Assembly (NCBI GenBank): GCA_964035545.1
Contig: OZ037766.1
Location: 30,168,274 to 30,232,273, forward strand
Direction of reading: 5' to 3'
Origin: Bugula neritina
Taxonomy: Eukaryota; Animalia; Bryozoa
DNA: 64,000 nucleotides
In this document: positions 23,561 through 41,400 of the stretch, one piece after another
Layout of the letters: the number at the start of each line of letters is the position of its first letter
How positions within the stretch are numbered: the stretch's first letter is position 1
The notes under the pieces: generated by a model
Database searches by the model: none
Told to the model about the DNA's origin: nothing
The model's input: the letters and a program-made list of their open reading frames with translations, nothing else
Made by a program: the position numbers and the translations under genes

Positions 23561-25393
23561 AAATAAAAAAATGCATTTGAAAGCGTGGCATCTGTGCGGT
23601 GGGCTGTATTGAATTTCTTCGATCAGTTGATGGTTTTCATACTATGCAAATTAACATGTTACTTTGTAAAACTATAATTATTTAGAAAGTTTTAATGTCA
23701 ATACTAATTTTGTAGTTTTAGCTATGAAATAAATTTTATTAGTCAATTGAAATCATTAGCTAAATTATGTAACTTTTTTTACTATATACGCACTTCATTT
23801 GTTAAACATTTCTAACTTGAATAGTCATTTCAAAAATTTCACAAAAAATGTATACTCTAATATAGTACCCAGCTACAATTAATTTCTACGCTATTATATA
23901 GTGTCCAGCCACCATTAATTTACATTCTAATCCAGCGTTCATCCACAATTATTTTGCACGAATCTGTTACTCAGTCTCAAAGCTTTTAGAAGTAAGTTCT
24001 ATATTCTTTAAATTGCTGTTATATTTTGTTTGGAGCTGCAAGAACATGGATTATAATGAGTTTGTGTTACAGTATGACTGTATTGATAGAGCGCTATAAA
24101 TAGCAGCTAACAACCAGGTTAAACCATAAATAAGTAAATAATGTAGTGGATTCTGGCCCCTTATGTTGTCATCCTCCTGGCATATAGTTTATAATCTCAC
24201 ATTCTCAGTATACCTGCTAGTAGATACTGAAATAAAAGGGCTAAGTATTATGAGTACCATAATAAGCAATTGACTGAAAGCAAAACAATTGTGCATTTGC
24301 TAGTTTTTCTTTCTTGTTATATAAAAAGCATTTTATGCTTGAAATTTGCACTGCTTAGCTTTAATTTTTTTTTCTAATTGAAAACTTATTTCTGTTTTCA
24401 AAGATTTATAGAGAAAATTCATCACCAATATTTATTTAGTTGAAAAAACTGTAAAAAGAAGAACTTTTAGTCACAAGATTAAAAATAATTTTCTTCTAGT
24501 TGATTATTAAACTGTTTGAAAATAAGTTTATTGCACAGTTTTTCTAATAGGCTTATGAGCTTACACAGATTAGATTTACATTTTGGTCAGGGTTTATGGC
24601 CACTGGCAAATCAAATGAAAACCATTAATTCAGCTGCAAACCAATTATAGAAAGATTCAGCTGAAGATTAGTTAAAAACTACAGCTTAAGATCAGCTTAA
24701 GATCAGCTTACCACAGATTAATGAACTCTATCTTGATTTAGGTGACAAGAAATGTAGAGTTTTAATCCAAGACTTATGGTTTAAGTTCGTTTGTGAACTA
24801 AAATGCGTCTGCTAACGTGCCTCTGGCAAGGCAAGGTTATTGCCCCCTTTACTTATTTAATCAAAAGCATTAACATATGACTAGACCAGAGAGGGCGCAC
24901 AGGTTGTGTTCACAGAAAGAAAGATTGTTCCCAGCGCTTTTTATTGTCTTTATAGCCTGCACCACACCTATAATACTTGCTACACCTGCACTTATTTTAA
25001 TCAGAATAGAAATTTATCAGATTAGTATAAGCTTAACAATATTTAGTTGTAGCTCTGAAACCACTTAGTTATTCTGTCAATGCTACTTTTTACAATTATT
25101 ATGTAATCATCATCACTAGCTCTGAATGAAGCTAAACAGTGGTTGGCAGAGCAAAAAGTGCGATCAATGCTACAACTAAATAATTTATGTTCAAGCAAAA
25201 CTTTATTTACATAAGAATTATGGAACCATTGGCAGTTGTTCACCTAACAACATTATCCGTTCACATGTGCACTGATGATGACCACAAAGCTTAAAAAGAA
25301 GCTATGATAGAGTGAACACCCTAGTTGATCACTATATTTGGGCTATTTTAAATAGTGCTTCCCAGTTAGATGCTATTTATATATTTTCATGCA

Positions 25394-27897
<2,504 letters not shown>

Positions 27898-27899
27898 AG

Positions 27900-27989
<90 letters not shown>

Positions 27990-27992
<3 letters not shown>

Positions 27993-29470
27993 TGAGGAGA
28001 GGGGCATACAATTCTACTAAGCATTCGCAATTACATGTGCAACTGCAGAATTAATGCAACTTTCTGGTGTCATCATAAAGTTATTCCACATTTCAGTGTA
28101 AAACAGCATATTATGTTTTGTGGTCCTAATTAAATTTAGACAGAAATAACAAAAAGCAATAGTTCTTAGCTTTTCTACAATGAAATGTTTTTTAACTTGC
28201 CCAATAAAATAAAACTTCATCTGCTAAAGTGTTTTTATAGCAGTCACTCTATTGAAATATTGCATGAAATAATGTTTCAATAAAACATAACTGATAAAAA
28301 AAGACTTATACTTCAAAGTACCCTGAAAAGGATGGTATATAATCCAAAACTTTATTGCAGCCATTAAAATAACACTGATGTACGTACTCCATACCCTAAT
28401 AGAGATGCACATAAAAGGCTGAGACATTATAATGTACAAGCATACTATATATAAATTCACCTAATGTATTTAAAGTAATAAATAACAATTAATCTACTGA
28501 TGTTATATTAAAACTACAGCTGTGAGTATGAAAATTTATGCTATGAGGCAATACACCTAACAGTTATAGACCATTTTGTAATTTTACTATAGGTTATATA
28601 ACTATATATAGCACTAATATATATCCTAGTAGTACAACACGACTTGTGTAAATATTATAAATGCACAGATTAATTCTGTTACATTTTGCATTTGCTTTCA
28701 GTAAACGAACTTTATTTTTTATTTAACTTTATAAAGATTGATCATACGTGCAACACACACATGCTATTAGCATTTTTAAGCAATGAACAGCTTATATAGT
28801 AAACTGACAATTGTATTATCAAGCAGTTACTATAATAGTTATAATGTTAAAGTTTTCATATATTTGAAAAGTTATTAAATGTACAAGTTTACGTACTTTT
28901 CAAGTAACTGCATGTATATATAAAAACTGCCTGATATGAAAAGAGTTTTAAAATAAATAACTTTAGGCTAATGATATATACTCAAGGTTAAAATGAAAAA
29001 TATATCTAAATTTTAAATTGTCAATAACATTTAGCTACAAGGGCTATATTATGTACTTATAATGCTTAAAGGTATGAAGTTTATTGTATAATCGTTAAAC
29101 TCAATCCTAATCAATAACAGCAATTTTAATATTTATTTGCCAGAATGATAATTATTTTTCTGCAGTCTCTTATTTACCTAAAAGATATAAAAATATAGTT
29201 AATTATTAGGAGATTAGGTTTTTTAATCTGTGATTAACCAAGAGTGTGGGGTATGCAGTTGACATTAAGTGATACATAATATTATCTACCTACATGATTC
29301 CATTTGTTATGAGAAATGTATTAGTTTAAGGTTTCTAATAGATATTACCGACAGAGTTATAACGGTTTATTAAGTAAATCCAATGAAATAGAACCAGTCT
29401 CTTATACTACGCACTTTTTAATTACATAAGCTTATCTTAAATGATTTTAACTGAAAACAACCAGTATATC
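27990..29470 (+). repeat. Contiguous copy of the dispersed repeat (blocks C-A-B-D) lacking the pentamer array
   Basis: 27990-28460 ~ 12927-13360; 28470-28650 ~ 21090-21290; 28750-29470 ~ 22030-23155. Confidence 0.75.
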
Positions 29471-31201
29471 TATTATCCTATACCACTATAGAAGTCGTAG
29501 AGAACTTCGGGTCAATCAGTGGTAATGGGATTTGTATTACATTATATAGATTTCGTCAACGATCCTAGCCTAATGAGGCGCAATTGAAATAAGTAATTGA
29601 TTGGCTGGAGGTACAACCAGTTCAACTTCATTGGTTAGGCAACGATCGTAACAACTAAAACAAGTGGTGGATACAGTTAGGGTTGACATTAAAACACGGC
29701 AATTTCTAGCAGTAATTTGCATTCTAAATCAATTTTTTCATGCAAAAGGTTTTAGAAGCTAGGAGTTATGAGAAAGAATAATATAATGTAATACTTTTGA
29801 TTGAAAAGCTTTAACAAATGCAGGTTTGAATTTTTGTTTAAATCCGCTCCTTTTAGACTTTGTTCTAAACAAAGGATATTAATTACTGTAGCTATTAGAT
29901 AAGAATTTAGTCTTGTAAGTATTTTGAAAGCATAATTGTCTTCTCACTCAATTTCAGCTCATATTATAAATTTATCAATCTTCATTATAAAGACATAATT
30001 GTCTTCTCATTAAATAATAGTCTATTACAACTTTATTGCTACCATAATATAATATCATTTTGTAAAATGTTTTTATTTTCATAGCATTTTTTGCTTAGTA
30101 TTATAAAATTTTATGCTGCATTGTATATAGCCTACATATGCATATAATGAGCTGCATGTAGTAGACGAAAAGAAATATCGCAATTATATAAAAGATGTAG
30201 AAATTATTTGTAGAATATAAACAAATGCAAAATAATTTAACAAACATATAACTTTACGAACCTCAGCATTTAAGTTTAGTTTGCGGCAAGAATAATTTTT
30301 TGCTTGTAAAAAATTAAGTAAAAGATACCAACAATTTTGTTTCTTGTTTTTAATGTTATATTTGTTAACATTGTAGATGTGCCTGTATTACACTATATTG
30401 AGTTCTGATTATTTTGGTTTAACATTGTAAATAACATATTGTGCAGTATATACAAAATGAGCACATATATAAAACATATACTCATTATAGTGAAAGTATA
30501 AGTTCTAATTTTTTTTGCAAATTCATGCATACTATTTGAAATATATGCATACAACTTGGTGTTTCTGATTTGTACATGAACAATTTTATTGCTAAATGCT
30601 AAGTAATTATTTAAATTTTTCTACAACAAATTCGTCGACATGTTTTATATACCATCTTTTAGCAAACACTTGCAACATTCCCATGCAATTACATATAACT
30701 GTAGCTGTAGTAAGCTGTTCATAAAATAGCAACTATTATGAGTGCTGCATTTTTACACACACACTCACACACGCACACACACATGAAGAAAAGCAAGCAT
30801 ATAGTTTACTGTCATGAGTTACTTGCAAAAATAAGTTGAAATATATGTTGAAGACTTCATACATTAATACAAATGGTATACTCTCAGACAGAGGAGCGAC
30901 ATAGTGCACATGCTCTTAGGAGTTGCATTATCACCTTCTTTCTTGGTGTCATCAAAAATATGGCATTGAAAGAAGACAATCACTGCTTTGTGGTTTACAT
31001 ATTTGTATTCCTTTTAAAACGTAGTTAAAAAATATATATACATATTTTCTAACTTGAAAAAATGCTCTATGTAGCTGCTTATATTTTAAAAGAAATTTTA
31101 GGTAGCAAAAGTAAGGAATTTTTGACATATTTACTGCAGGGGTGTGATAAACAAATGGACATAACATGCTTGTTTTAAAGCTAAAATATGATGTAACAGA
31201 A

Positions 31202-31285
<84 letters not shown>

Positions 31286-31725
31286 TATATACATAATGAA
31301 TGTCATTTCACTATATAACAAGAAGAAATAGGCTGCTATTTTTACACTTCTGTGCAGTAATTTAAAAGCTTTGATAGCTTAACCTTCTTCATCTGGATAA
31401 CAAATTTTAGCGTGGGGTGCGGGTTAATAAAAATGTAATCACAAGAACATGTACATAACTTAATTTCTCCATTATTGCACCAACTATCAATATTTACTTA
31501 ATAACTAAACCCTATATTTAGCCCAGTGTTCAGTATCTAAGTAATATGTATGTACTATATACACTGTCCACCTGTTGAGTGTTATTTAAAAAGTGAAAGA
31601 AATTCTACAACTATAGTCATATTTGACCCATCACTATTATTACACATATCAATGTGTAAAATTAGTAAAAATAATTTAGTGGAAGTATTTGACAAGAATG
31701 CAAGATTGCAAAAAATTTAGCTAAC

Positions 31726-31784
31726 TTCGAGGATTGAACCCATACCCAATGAGTGCAAAGGAGACGCTGTTTACCACGAAGCCA
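31726..31784 (-). mobile_element. tRNA-derived SINE head relic
   Basis: Minus strand has an A-box-like TGGCTTCGTGG and a B-box GGTTCAATCC; no complete cloverleaf. Confidence 0.4.
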
Positions 31785-33788
31785 ATGCATCATCTTAGGA
31801 AGAGTGCCAATACATAAGGGATTATACTATAATGATATAAACAACAGCTAGAAAAATGAGTGGGTTATATTCCATCAGGGTGTTCACTAGCAGTGAATTG
31901 CCATCTTGTTTTAAAATTGGCCTATGACTCTGTTGCTACTTGCAAAGGTATCTTGATTAAATAAACCAACGGTTAAAAATAAACTGTAGTTTGTATATTA
32001 TTACTAAGGCACAGCCAGCGGTCAGAGCTATGGTATATAAATATACACTGATGTACTAGGACCTAGGTAATAGATTGACAAGTCAAATTATCTTTTATAG
32101 GTAAACACACTTTGGTTTGAGAAAACATGCATGCAGCCTTAATTTTAGGTTTACGTCAGCAAATCATGAAAAGATCTAAACTAATATTAGAGGTAAATTT
32201 TAAAAATTAAATTAATTTTACTTATTTTTACAATAACAAATTTTTTGGAGAAAATAAGTTGCTTCCTTTTTGTTGCAATGATATTCAACTTGCTTGAGCT
32301 ATGGCCATCAGTGATGAAATTTGAAACCCTGATTGTTTTGAGATAACTTTGTGACTTGTTATACATTTTTGCATATCTTTACCAACATATTACTTGATTC
32401 ATGATAGTTTTCACATTGCAATTTATGGCATCAGTTGAGACTTGCACTCTGACAAAATATTAACAAAGCCAAACATATGGCCACACTACAGTGAAAGCTG
32501 GTTGGTTATATTAATTGTGGCTGCACTAGTCATGGTCCTAGCAGTTGGCCTACCATGGTATTGCCAGGTGCGAGCAAGCTTACAAGCATTTATATAGCTA
32601 TAGCTAAACTGATAAGCTTACAAAACATGTTGGCTAACATTATGCAGTTCACAATAGGCATATGGAAAACAAAGATGGTCAAAGGGTAATGATATTGTGG
32701 TTGACATAATATGTTAACTATAAATAGTTCACGAATGCAGTTCCATTAGGCCTACTGGATTACCACTTATTTGCACTAACAGAATGTGTTACAAACGGGC
32801 CAGCAGGCAACTAAACCGTGTAATGCACAACTATTGACGTTATGCTATGTCATTATGCTCTGAAGTACGTTCTGTCATGGCTGAAAGTCACACTACTCTA
32901 CACTTGCAGTAGCAATTCGTTTACTACTTCCATCACCAACACTTGCATTTTTATAGGGGCCAAATTCCTGTACCAAATGGTGTGCTATTCTTTCAAAACA
33001 GAGTACTATAAATATTATTTTGTTCATAGATTTTAGCAGACAAAGAATTTATACTAAAGACTACCCTATAGAAATTCTATTTAAGAAAAAACTTCAATCC
33101 TAAAATACTACCTATTGACTTATACAGCTGAACAGAAAAAGAAGTAACCGCAGTTCGAGTATTTAGCATATCTGAGCCACAATTCAAAAATAAATAGAAG
33201 CATAGCACATGTGCATAGTTAATATCATATTATAATAGTTCATATAGTTTGTTTGCCTTTGACAGCATATTGAATATTTCTCTACTTGGCTGTAGGTAAG
33301 CCCTGCAGTTTTTGTTTTTATCTTAATTTACAATGAAAGAATAACTTGAAAAATGCAACCAAAAACTTATTATTGAAAAAAGGCTTTTAACTACTCTGCT
33401 AACTATGGCTTTTAATTGTCAATAAATGACCCTTTTAATCTAACTATTGCATGGTGCTGAGACGACTGATAATTATGTGTAAAAATGTGTGCAGGTGGGA
33501 TTAATTAGCTGAGAAACTTTATTAACCTAAGCTCTTAAACTACAAGAGCGTTGATTAGGGGTGCATGGTAAAACGAAAGTTATTTCACTGCTTTTCCTCT
33601 ATAAAACTGAAGCCTTTCCAAATATATTTTTTATTGCACCAGCTGGTACAATCTAAAAATAAAATAAAGCTGAACAATCAAATTAAAAGAATAGGCGTTT
33701 TATATCTTAACTTGTTGAAATGGTGCAGTAAAATTTGTTTGTTGCCTTTTAGGTAAATATTCACCAGGGCTGACATTGACTTCTTTAT

Positions 33789-33949
33789 CACTGCGTTTCC
33801 ATGACTTCGCATAATGCGAATGAATTCTGTACGGATTATTTGCGGTTTGTGGTTTGCATTAACTTATAGTTGCGTTTCATCGGATGTAACTGTTCCCATT
33901 AGCCGAATGAAAAAATCCATTCGCATAATGCGATAATGGAAACGCAGTG
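33789..33949. mobile_element. 161-bp MITE
   Basis: TIR cactgcgtttccat / atggaaacgcagtg with subterminal tcgcataatgcga in both arms. Confidence 0.7.
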
Positions 33950-34945
33950 TACTTCGCTTCTATGACTGAGCATTGTGTGAATTTGTAGTTGCAGTAACTC
34001 ATCAGTTGTGGTTTCCTTCGTTATGTAATTAGTTCCATGAGGTGATGAGAAATCCATTTCGGAATGAGAATGATGAATTGCAGTGCATGTAGGCTGCAGC
34101 TTCCAATTTTCTTAAATCAACCATTAGGCTATGTGTACAAAAAAAGGCAAAATACTTTGCTGTGGCCAACAGTCTGAAAAATACCAGCTAGCACTGAATA
34201 AAGCACAATAAGTATAGCTTATTTGCAATGCAATGTTGAGTTTTAGAAAGGTCTCAAGTTAGTGTTATTTCCTCACCACTCACGTGGAAAATTTACCAAT
34301 ACTCCCTATTGCTAAGATTTTGTGCTATGCATCTAATTACTAAGGTGTGAGTTTTTAGAACCAATACTAGAATGTAACTCCTTGCGATTATGTGGGAGAG
34401 AGATGACATATTTGTTGTCAGTCAATATATATTGTAGGCTTGCCTATTACAGAGCTCAAGCCTAGCTCTTTACAATAAAAAGTACAAAGGTATGAAAGAA
34501 CAATAGTATGACAACAGAACCATGCGGTATCGTAACAATCAGGATGCAAATCATCTTGATTATATAGCTAGATGCTTTTCTTCTCTAACGTAGATGTTCT
34601 TGTCAATAGTGAAGCTGCACTTAAACTCAAATGGCCACTTTCTTTTAGACCTGTAAAAGCAAAATATATTTCAACAGTCAAACTAAATAAGTTGAGGCGA
34701 TGGTTTCATTGAAGTGACACATAGCAACAGAGTATGCAAAACAGGGGTAGAAAAAGAAATAGGGTAAGGCTCCATCAAGAAGACTCCAACAAAATTGAAA
34801 ATGCTGATATAAAATGTGCATTTGACTGACAATGTCTTTTGGCAATAAATTATGACTGCAGACAGCCCCTAGTTCTTAGTACCTAGAGGATCAATTAGGT
34901 TTCATGGAGATGAGTTGTGCTACATAAGCAATGAGGGTAACTAGT

Positions 34946-35429
34946 CAATATTCTGAATGCCCATTGCTCCGAAGGTCCATTAGTCCGAAAATTAGTACAC
35001 ACAGGCATCCTCAATGAGAATATCATTAATTTCACTCACAATTCAGTTTAAGTTCTAGCTATGTTATTGCTCTGTGGGTGGCATGTGTGTTGCCTACTTG
35101 CTACATCATCTATCAACATGATTATGCGTACGGTACATTATTAATTACAGGCTTGCGAGGTGACAGGCTAATGAATAGCTTGGTGTGTACTTTGTTTATG
35201 GAGCAGCCATAATGGAATGTTGATAAACGATACAGCCCTTATTGATCATAGTGTAATCTCAGGCTAAACAATCACAAATAGGCAACACACATGCCACCCA
35301 CAGATCAATAATATAGCAAGAACTTAAACTGAATTGTGAGTGATATTAATGATATTCTCAGTGAGGATGCCTGTGTGTACTAATTTTCGGACTAATGGAC
35401 CTTCGGAGCAATGGGCCTTCGGAATATTG
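34946..35429. mobile_element. Foldback/MITE element with ~155-bp inverted arms
   Basis: 34946-35100 is near-perfectly inverted at 35275-35429. Confidence 0.8.
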
Positions 35430-37608
35430 CTTCGTCCCCAGAAATGAAGGGATCTGAGACAGGGCGGCAGTAAATGCAGTAACTATATTTGTGGGAAAGA
35501 GAAGGCTGGAATAATATGGGCACCTATGCAGCAGAGAACAATAAAACAAGAAGGGAATCAGCTACATCAGTGTGAAACTCCAGAGAAAGGGAGCAAGACC
35601 AAAACATTTAAACATGGGGGTTAAAAATCAAAAGAGATCATAGATTAGTGCAGAACACTGCGACCTAAAAGAATACAGTGAAGAATAGGAGGATGGCAAA
35701 ATTAAGTAAAACAATGAGTATGAGAGTGACACCACTTGTGAAGCCGAAGTTCTATTTCTTTTAATTAATTGGTGAAAAAATATAATAGCAACTTTTATGA
35801 CAGTCTTGTAGATTGGCTGTGTGATGAGGTGACTTGAATACAGCAGCCATGTGTAAAACCTGGCTGCAAATTAAAGCAGAAGGTGAACATTTTATGTATA
35901 ATATAAGAGATATATTCAAAAATTGAAATTACCATAAAAACTGTAGTCCTTGTCTGATAGTCAAAATAAATTGGCTGCCATCCATAATTTCATCATTCAT
36001 AATTTCATCTTGATTACACTGCAAAACAAAATGAAGTATTTTGTTGATCACATGTATGAGTTTGAAATGAACTATGGTAACAAATATTAACATAATATTT
36101 CCTTGCATTTAGTGCATTTTTTAGTTAAGTTACTAGTCTGAATACTTCACATTGCAGTTTAATTTTCTAAACCAAACATACATTGATGAGCCTGAACTGA
36201 ACAAGTGTTAGGTCAGCTTGACTAAAATATAACCATAAATACCATCAATATAAATTAGGGGTTTGTTGATTAAAATATAGTAAAGTAACAGAGTAAAATT
36301 AAAACAACCCTGAACAATAGCGTAGTAAAAGTGTACATTCAGGACTCCACACTTAAGGAGTATAGGAGGATGACAAAAATCAAGTTCAACCATATGAAAA
36401 ACTAGGAAACATACTGACATCATGTCCAAATATTCTTCCAACTGTCAAACATTTTAAACACTTAAGAAGAAAAATACCTCAAAATTGTGTGCATTATTTT
36501 TAGGTCTTCAAAGTTAATGCTTGTTCATGAAGATAAAGAAAAAAAACTGAGAAACTGATTATTCATGTAAAAGTAAATGTAATAATTTGACTATGTTCTG
36601 TAGTAAAAAAATTATGATGACTTCTTTTTCTAATATGTGTAAAGAGATAATATACTAGGTAAGCAATGCAGGGCTTTTTAATCTTTTAAATTTGTGCTCA
36701 AAGTATATTATATTACCACTAAGCCTTAAGATATGCAATTTATTTTTAGATCATCTGTTATCATAATAGACTTTTAATTTTGTACAAATGATTTACCTGG
36801 ACAAGCAAAACAAAGTCTTTCCATTACATCTTCTATGTCAGCATTTTTCAGCTTCACCACAACAGCCATCGAGTAGTTCATTTTAAACTAAAAAGAAATA
36901 ATTAATTTAGGAAATACAATGATTGCCTATGTAAAAAGTGGCAATGTATGCACGTATGGCATCTGAAGCCACATTTAACTAACTATTCAACTTGCTAATA
37001 TCATTTTTAAATAAGTTTTTGAAAATGGAATTAAGACAGTTATGAAAAAAAATTGATAACAATAAGAATATATGTTGAATTAAGTAACCATAGGTAGCAA
37101 CTATAATAATCATAGTGAAAGAAATAATTTCGAAGGATGATGAAGTAATTCAACAGAATAAAAACTATGATGCGACTTTTAATTGTCACAATAAGAACTT
37201 TGGACAAAAAAAAACTTTGCAGGCTTTGAGTTATATATAAATAAAACCCTTTGGAATTTTTTGAAAAATAGTCTTACGAGACATAATAATACATAGTTAA
37301 GTTTTAGATTTTTACAACACACTATGACTCATAATTAGTTAATAAAATATTCTTTTGTAACTGCATAGTGCATATAACATCTATTTGAATCAATTTGATG
37401 GAGTTTGTGAAATTTCTTGTTTGAAAATTACAAAAACTGGCGGCATGTTCGAGTTGTTGAAAATAGCAAAAAACAAGTAGTAAACAAAGTTAAATAACAT
37501 TTGCAAAACCTTATACAATGTGCTGTTAAATGCTTGGACAGATACTATCTTGAATAAGATTAATGCAAGCTTAAAAAAACTTTAAAGTTGAAAGGCATAT
37601 ATTTTGTT

Positions 37609-38477
37609 ACCATCATAATTCATATGCTGTGTAATCAAGCCACATCTTGAGATATAAATATTTTTCTGCTCCGTGGTCTCTTCAGTACTTAGACCTATGC
37701 CTTGCCACACTCTACCACTGCACTTAGCCTTCAATCATAAATCACGATGACATGCAGTGTAAATGTTGCAGCTGTGGCCTGGTGAATAAGGATATTTTCC
37801 AACCACAATTTTTAACAAAACAAAACAAGTTCTCACCTAAAAAACTAGAAATCAACTATAAAGAAAAATAATTGATTTTTAGTTTGATTATATGGTTTAA
37901 ACCTGCATTTGCATAGGGGTAGTTGAAGTCTAAACATTCACCAGATTCGCATACATTATTTTCAATATTTCATGTTACCTAAAACTAAAATATATTTAAT
38001 ACTAAAACATTTATTAAAGTGTAGTAACTGACATGTTCAAATGTGTGCCTTAGCCTGCATCACACTCAAAAAGTAATTGTGAGAGGAAACAAGCTTTGCT
38101 TCCATTTTAGAAGTCAAGAGAAGTACCGTCACCTTACATTGGTAGCAACAGATTGTGTACCAAGAAATTGTTTCTAAAACTCCACAAAAATATAATTAAA
38201 ACGTTGAAGATTCTACAGGCAAAAAGTTCTGAATAGATTTTTATAAGCAGAGGACAAATTAAATTTTGCAAATAATTTCAAGCACAAATAGTCACTAAAC
38301 AAACTTTATATGCATATAAATAAAAGCCAGCAATACATTAATTAACTTACTTGCATTATATAAGGATAAGCACAGATCTCCCTCTCTCCATATCCAATGC
38401 CTTACATATAAGTGCCTGAAACCGTCTTTGCAGCTTTCCATTCAATTCCTCCACAGTGGTCACCAACTGAAATATTC
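37609..38477 (-). mobile_element. Degraded, intron-containing KDZ (Kyakuja-Dileera-Zisupton) transposase
   Basis: Minus-strand exon remnants in the expected order: CGGIEWKAAKTVS; RH..ICKALDMERG(E)ICAYPYIMQ; YFLSVMQAKAHI*TCQ; KCSGRVWQGIGLSTEETTEQKNIYISRCGLITQHM. These match the KDZ motifs CRH..LNM..GE..YP, FLSVMHAKAH.W.C and G.G...GE..EQ.NS.LSR. Stops and frameshifts are present. Confidence 0.75.
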
Positions 38478-41400
38478 TGAAAAATTAAATAATAATTTAA
38501 CGTACCCATACAATTCTTACTTGTTTGCTCATATTGAAAACAAAAAAGATGAAAAAATAAAACAAGACATGTGACCATCGAACAATAGTTGGTAAATTGT
38601 ATTGTATTGTAAATCATACGCAATCAAATTGAGAGCCTCAAACAGCCCTCTAAAAAAGTTGGTTATGCTCAACCATGCCGTGTATTTTTGATGTCATATG
38701 GGAGAACCCCACTTCATATATGTGATTAGTTTAAAGAAGAATTACAAGAAAACAGCATTTGAAAGCTTTCTTATCAGTTTGCTACTATAACCGCATCGGT
38801 TTTAAAGAGTTTTTTGCATTGCCCATTAATGAAATTATAAATGGTAACCGTCACAGATCATATCCAGAGTTTCTACCATTTGTTTATGCCAGTTCATTCT
38901 GATTTTTTGATTGATTTTTATCCTCAATCTTTCATAATTTTTTTTCAACTTGCAAAAGTGGTAAAACAATTTATATTATAGGATAAATGGTACTGGTTCA
39001 ACTTTTTCACAGAGCGATTCAATCTGCCCCCTACAGAGGCACGTTGTAAAAAAAAATTAGTAAAAAAATGGGCTCTATGTTAGTGAGTAAAATGTTTACA
39101 CATTTGATTTCAAAGGACAAAGACAGCAACATATGACTGACTTTTATGGTTATGGTCTTTGGATTGGCAAAATAATTCTCTACAAGTCATGCTAAAGAAC
39201 ACAATTTTTGGTTCAACTATATCCCCACCCTCGCCAATACGATATGAATTTCAATAGCCTTTCTCAGGGTTACCACTGTAATTCCAGAGAGCTATGCTTA
39301 AAAACAGATTTATAGCAATTTTTCACAGAAATTAAAACATGTTGAGAGCATATTTAGCTTTTAATTGGTGTGTACATTGTCTTATATTACCTCATAAATA
39401 CTGAGGAAAACATGAATTACCAACAAAACCAAAAATTATCTATGGGTGTCCAAGAAATTTGAGCATGACTGCATTTGCAGAAAATTATTATAAAACAAAA
39501 TTGTTTGAACATGCAACCCACAAACAGATGAGAACTAAGATATTACATATAATTATATATTGTAATGCTGTATAAATATAGTGTGTCAGGGAATTTTCAA
39601 ATAGGTATTATGAATAAATACAAATTGATGTAGAATTTTAATAAATATGTAAGATGCACCTACTTTTCACGCAGCTTCAATCTTTATTTATTAAGTTTCA
39701 ACTTTTTGCAGCATCACTTCTGACGTCATCTTCTGCCATACTCCTTTCAGTCAATGTCTCAAGTTGTGGCAAGCACAGGGAATAGCTATAGCCTATTCAT
39801 CATTATCAAGAGTCTATAAAAATCATTCCAAACAGATAACTTTTAAGTTGTAGTCAGCAGCTATGAACAGAGTTGTCATTGTGAACATTTCAATAATGAA
39901 AAGGATATTTATATTCCCATTGAACTTAAATACCCATATTATAAGTACATCTAATAACGCAGCAAACTCCCTTTTAAAATCACATTAATATAGCATCAGC
40001 AAAAGAACACTAAATGGCAAAAGCAGTTTGAAAACCAATTTCAGATTGAAAATTTAATTGATCAAATATTGCTTTTTTATTTAGATTAAGACTCATTGCG
40101 GTAAACAAGCAAGAAAACTTTGTGATATGGATAAGAAAGGTTTTAAAACAAAAGCCATGATTTTCAAAAAGTCTGCACCACACTTAAAATCAACACCATC
40201 CTAGATGCTACACCAGAGCAACGAATAATTAAAACAGTATACCTTGGAGAGTTAATAACTGATATTGCATGGTTAAAATGAACAAGAAATAAAGAGAAGA
40301 AATGAACTGGCAAAAAATGCTTTCCAGAATATTTCTTAAGTATATTGACATTAGAAAAATCAAAATACAAACACGAGAGAAATTACTATGCAAAAAATTC
40401 TTCCCCATATAACAAGCAGATATTATTAGTTATTTATCAGTAACGCATCTACTAGGCATAGACTCACAAGGTTTCATAGTTGATTGTAAGAACAAGGTCG
40501 GCAAAGGTTTTTGGATGTTGCAATAAAGATAAAACTCAAACCTTAGTGTGTTAGGATAAATGAGCAAAGACTCTACCTATGCTACCAGAAGCAGCAACTG
40601 GTCCCAAAAAGTGGAGTAAAACTTTACACTTTTAATGATGATGTTTTATGATCATTATTATTAAAAAAATGTATATCATACTGATAAAACTATAGCGGTA
40701 AATGTGAAACATATAATTCATATCAATATTCACACCGTATAAGAGTATTTACTTAAAATGGCTTATTCATTTGGAATTGTAACAATACTCACAAGTAACA
40801 GAACACGTACCAATAAAATAACAATCACTGTAAAAAATGAGTATTTAACACCATAAAAACCTAAAGCATTGATACTTGTGGTACATCTAGTACTAAAGCA
40901 CTTACAGACTTACAGTGGTAGTCTGTTATCACTAAATCTAATGATTTTCACAGTTCTCAATCAAGGTATTAGACACCATAACTATTAACTACTAGTGGGC
41001 CTACTACTACTACTAGTACTAGTAACTAGAGTACTACTACTACTAGTACTACTACTGTACTAGTAGTAATAATAATTTATATCAAAAATGAGCACATTGT
41101 TTTACTAATAATATTCTCAACCTAATAGCAATAGTACCAACCTGATCCGTAATGGGTTTTCCTGAAGAATGGAACTAGATTGTAATTACCGACATGTGTA
41201 TACATACTAAATTAGTCTCTAATAATATATTATTATGAAATTTATGATTATCGCCCCATTTGCGGAGTAGTCAGGCCGAGTTTATTATGAACACAAGAGT
41301 CGAGTAAATTTGCGCAGATAAATTACTGGCCACCATGATAGACCAGACCTGTTTTGACCGAATATCGGTTCTACTTGAACACTAGAATCGCCCCCAAGGT

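Noticed and set aside
31726-31784. tRNA gene (also 58475-58545)
   Set aside because: A/B-box-like motifs only; no acceptor stem or full cloverleaf, so treated as SINE relics.
32440-32600. Short hydrophobic frame (WLVILIVAALVMVLAVGLPWYCQ) as a possible exon
   Set aside because: Bounded by stops, with no convincing acceptor or neighbouring exons and no paralogue.
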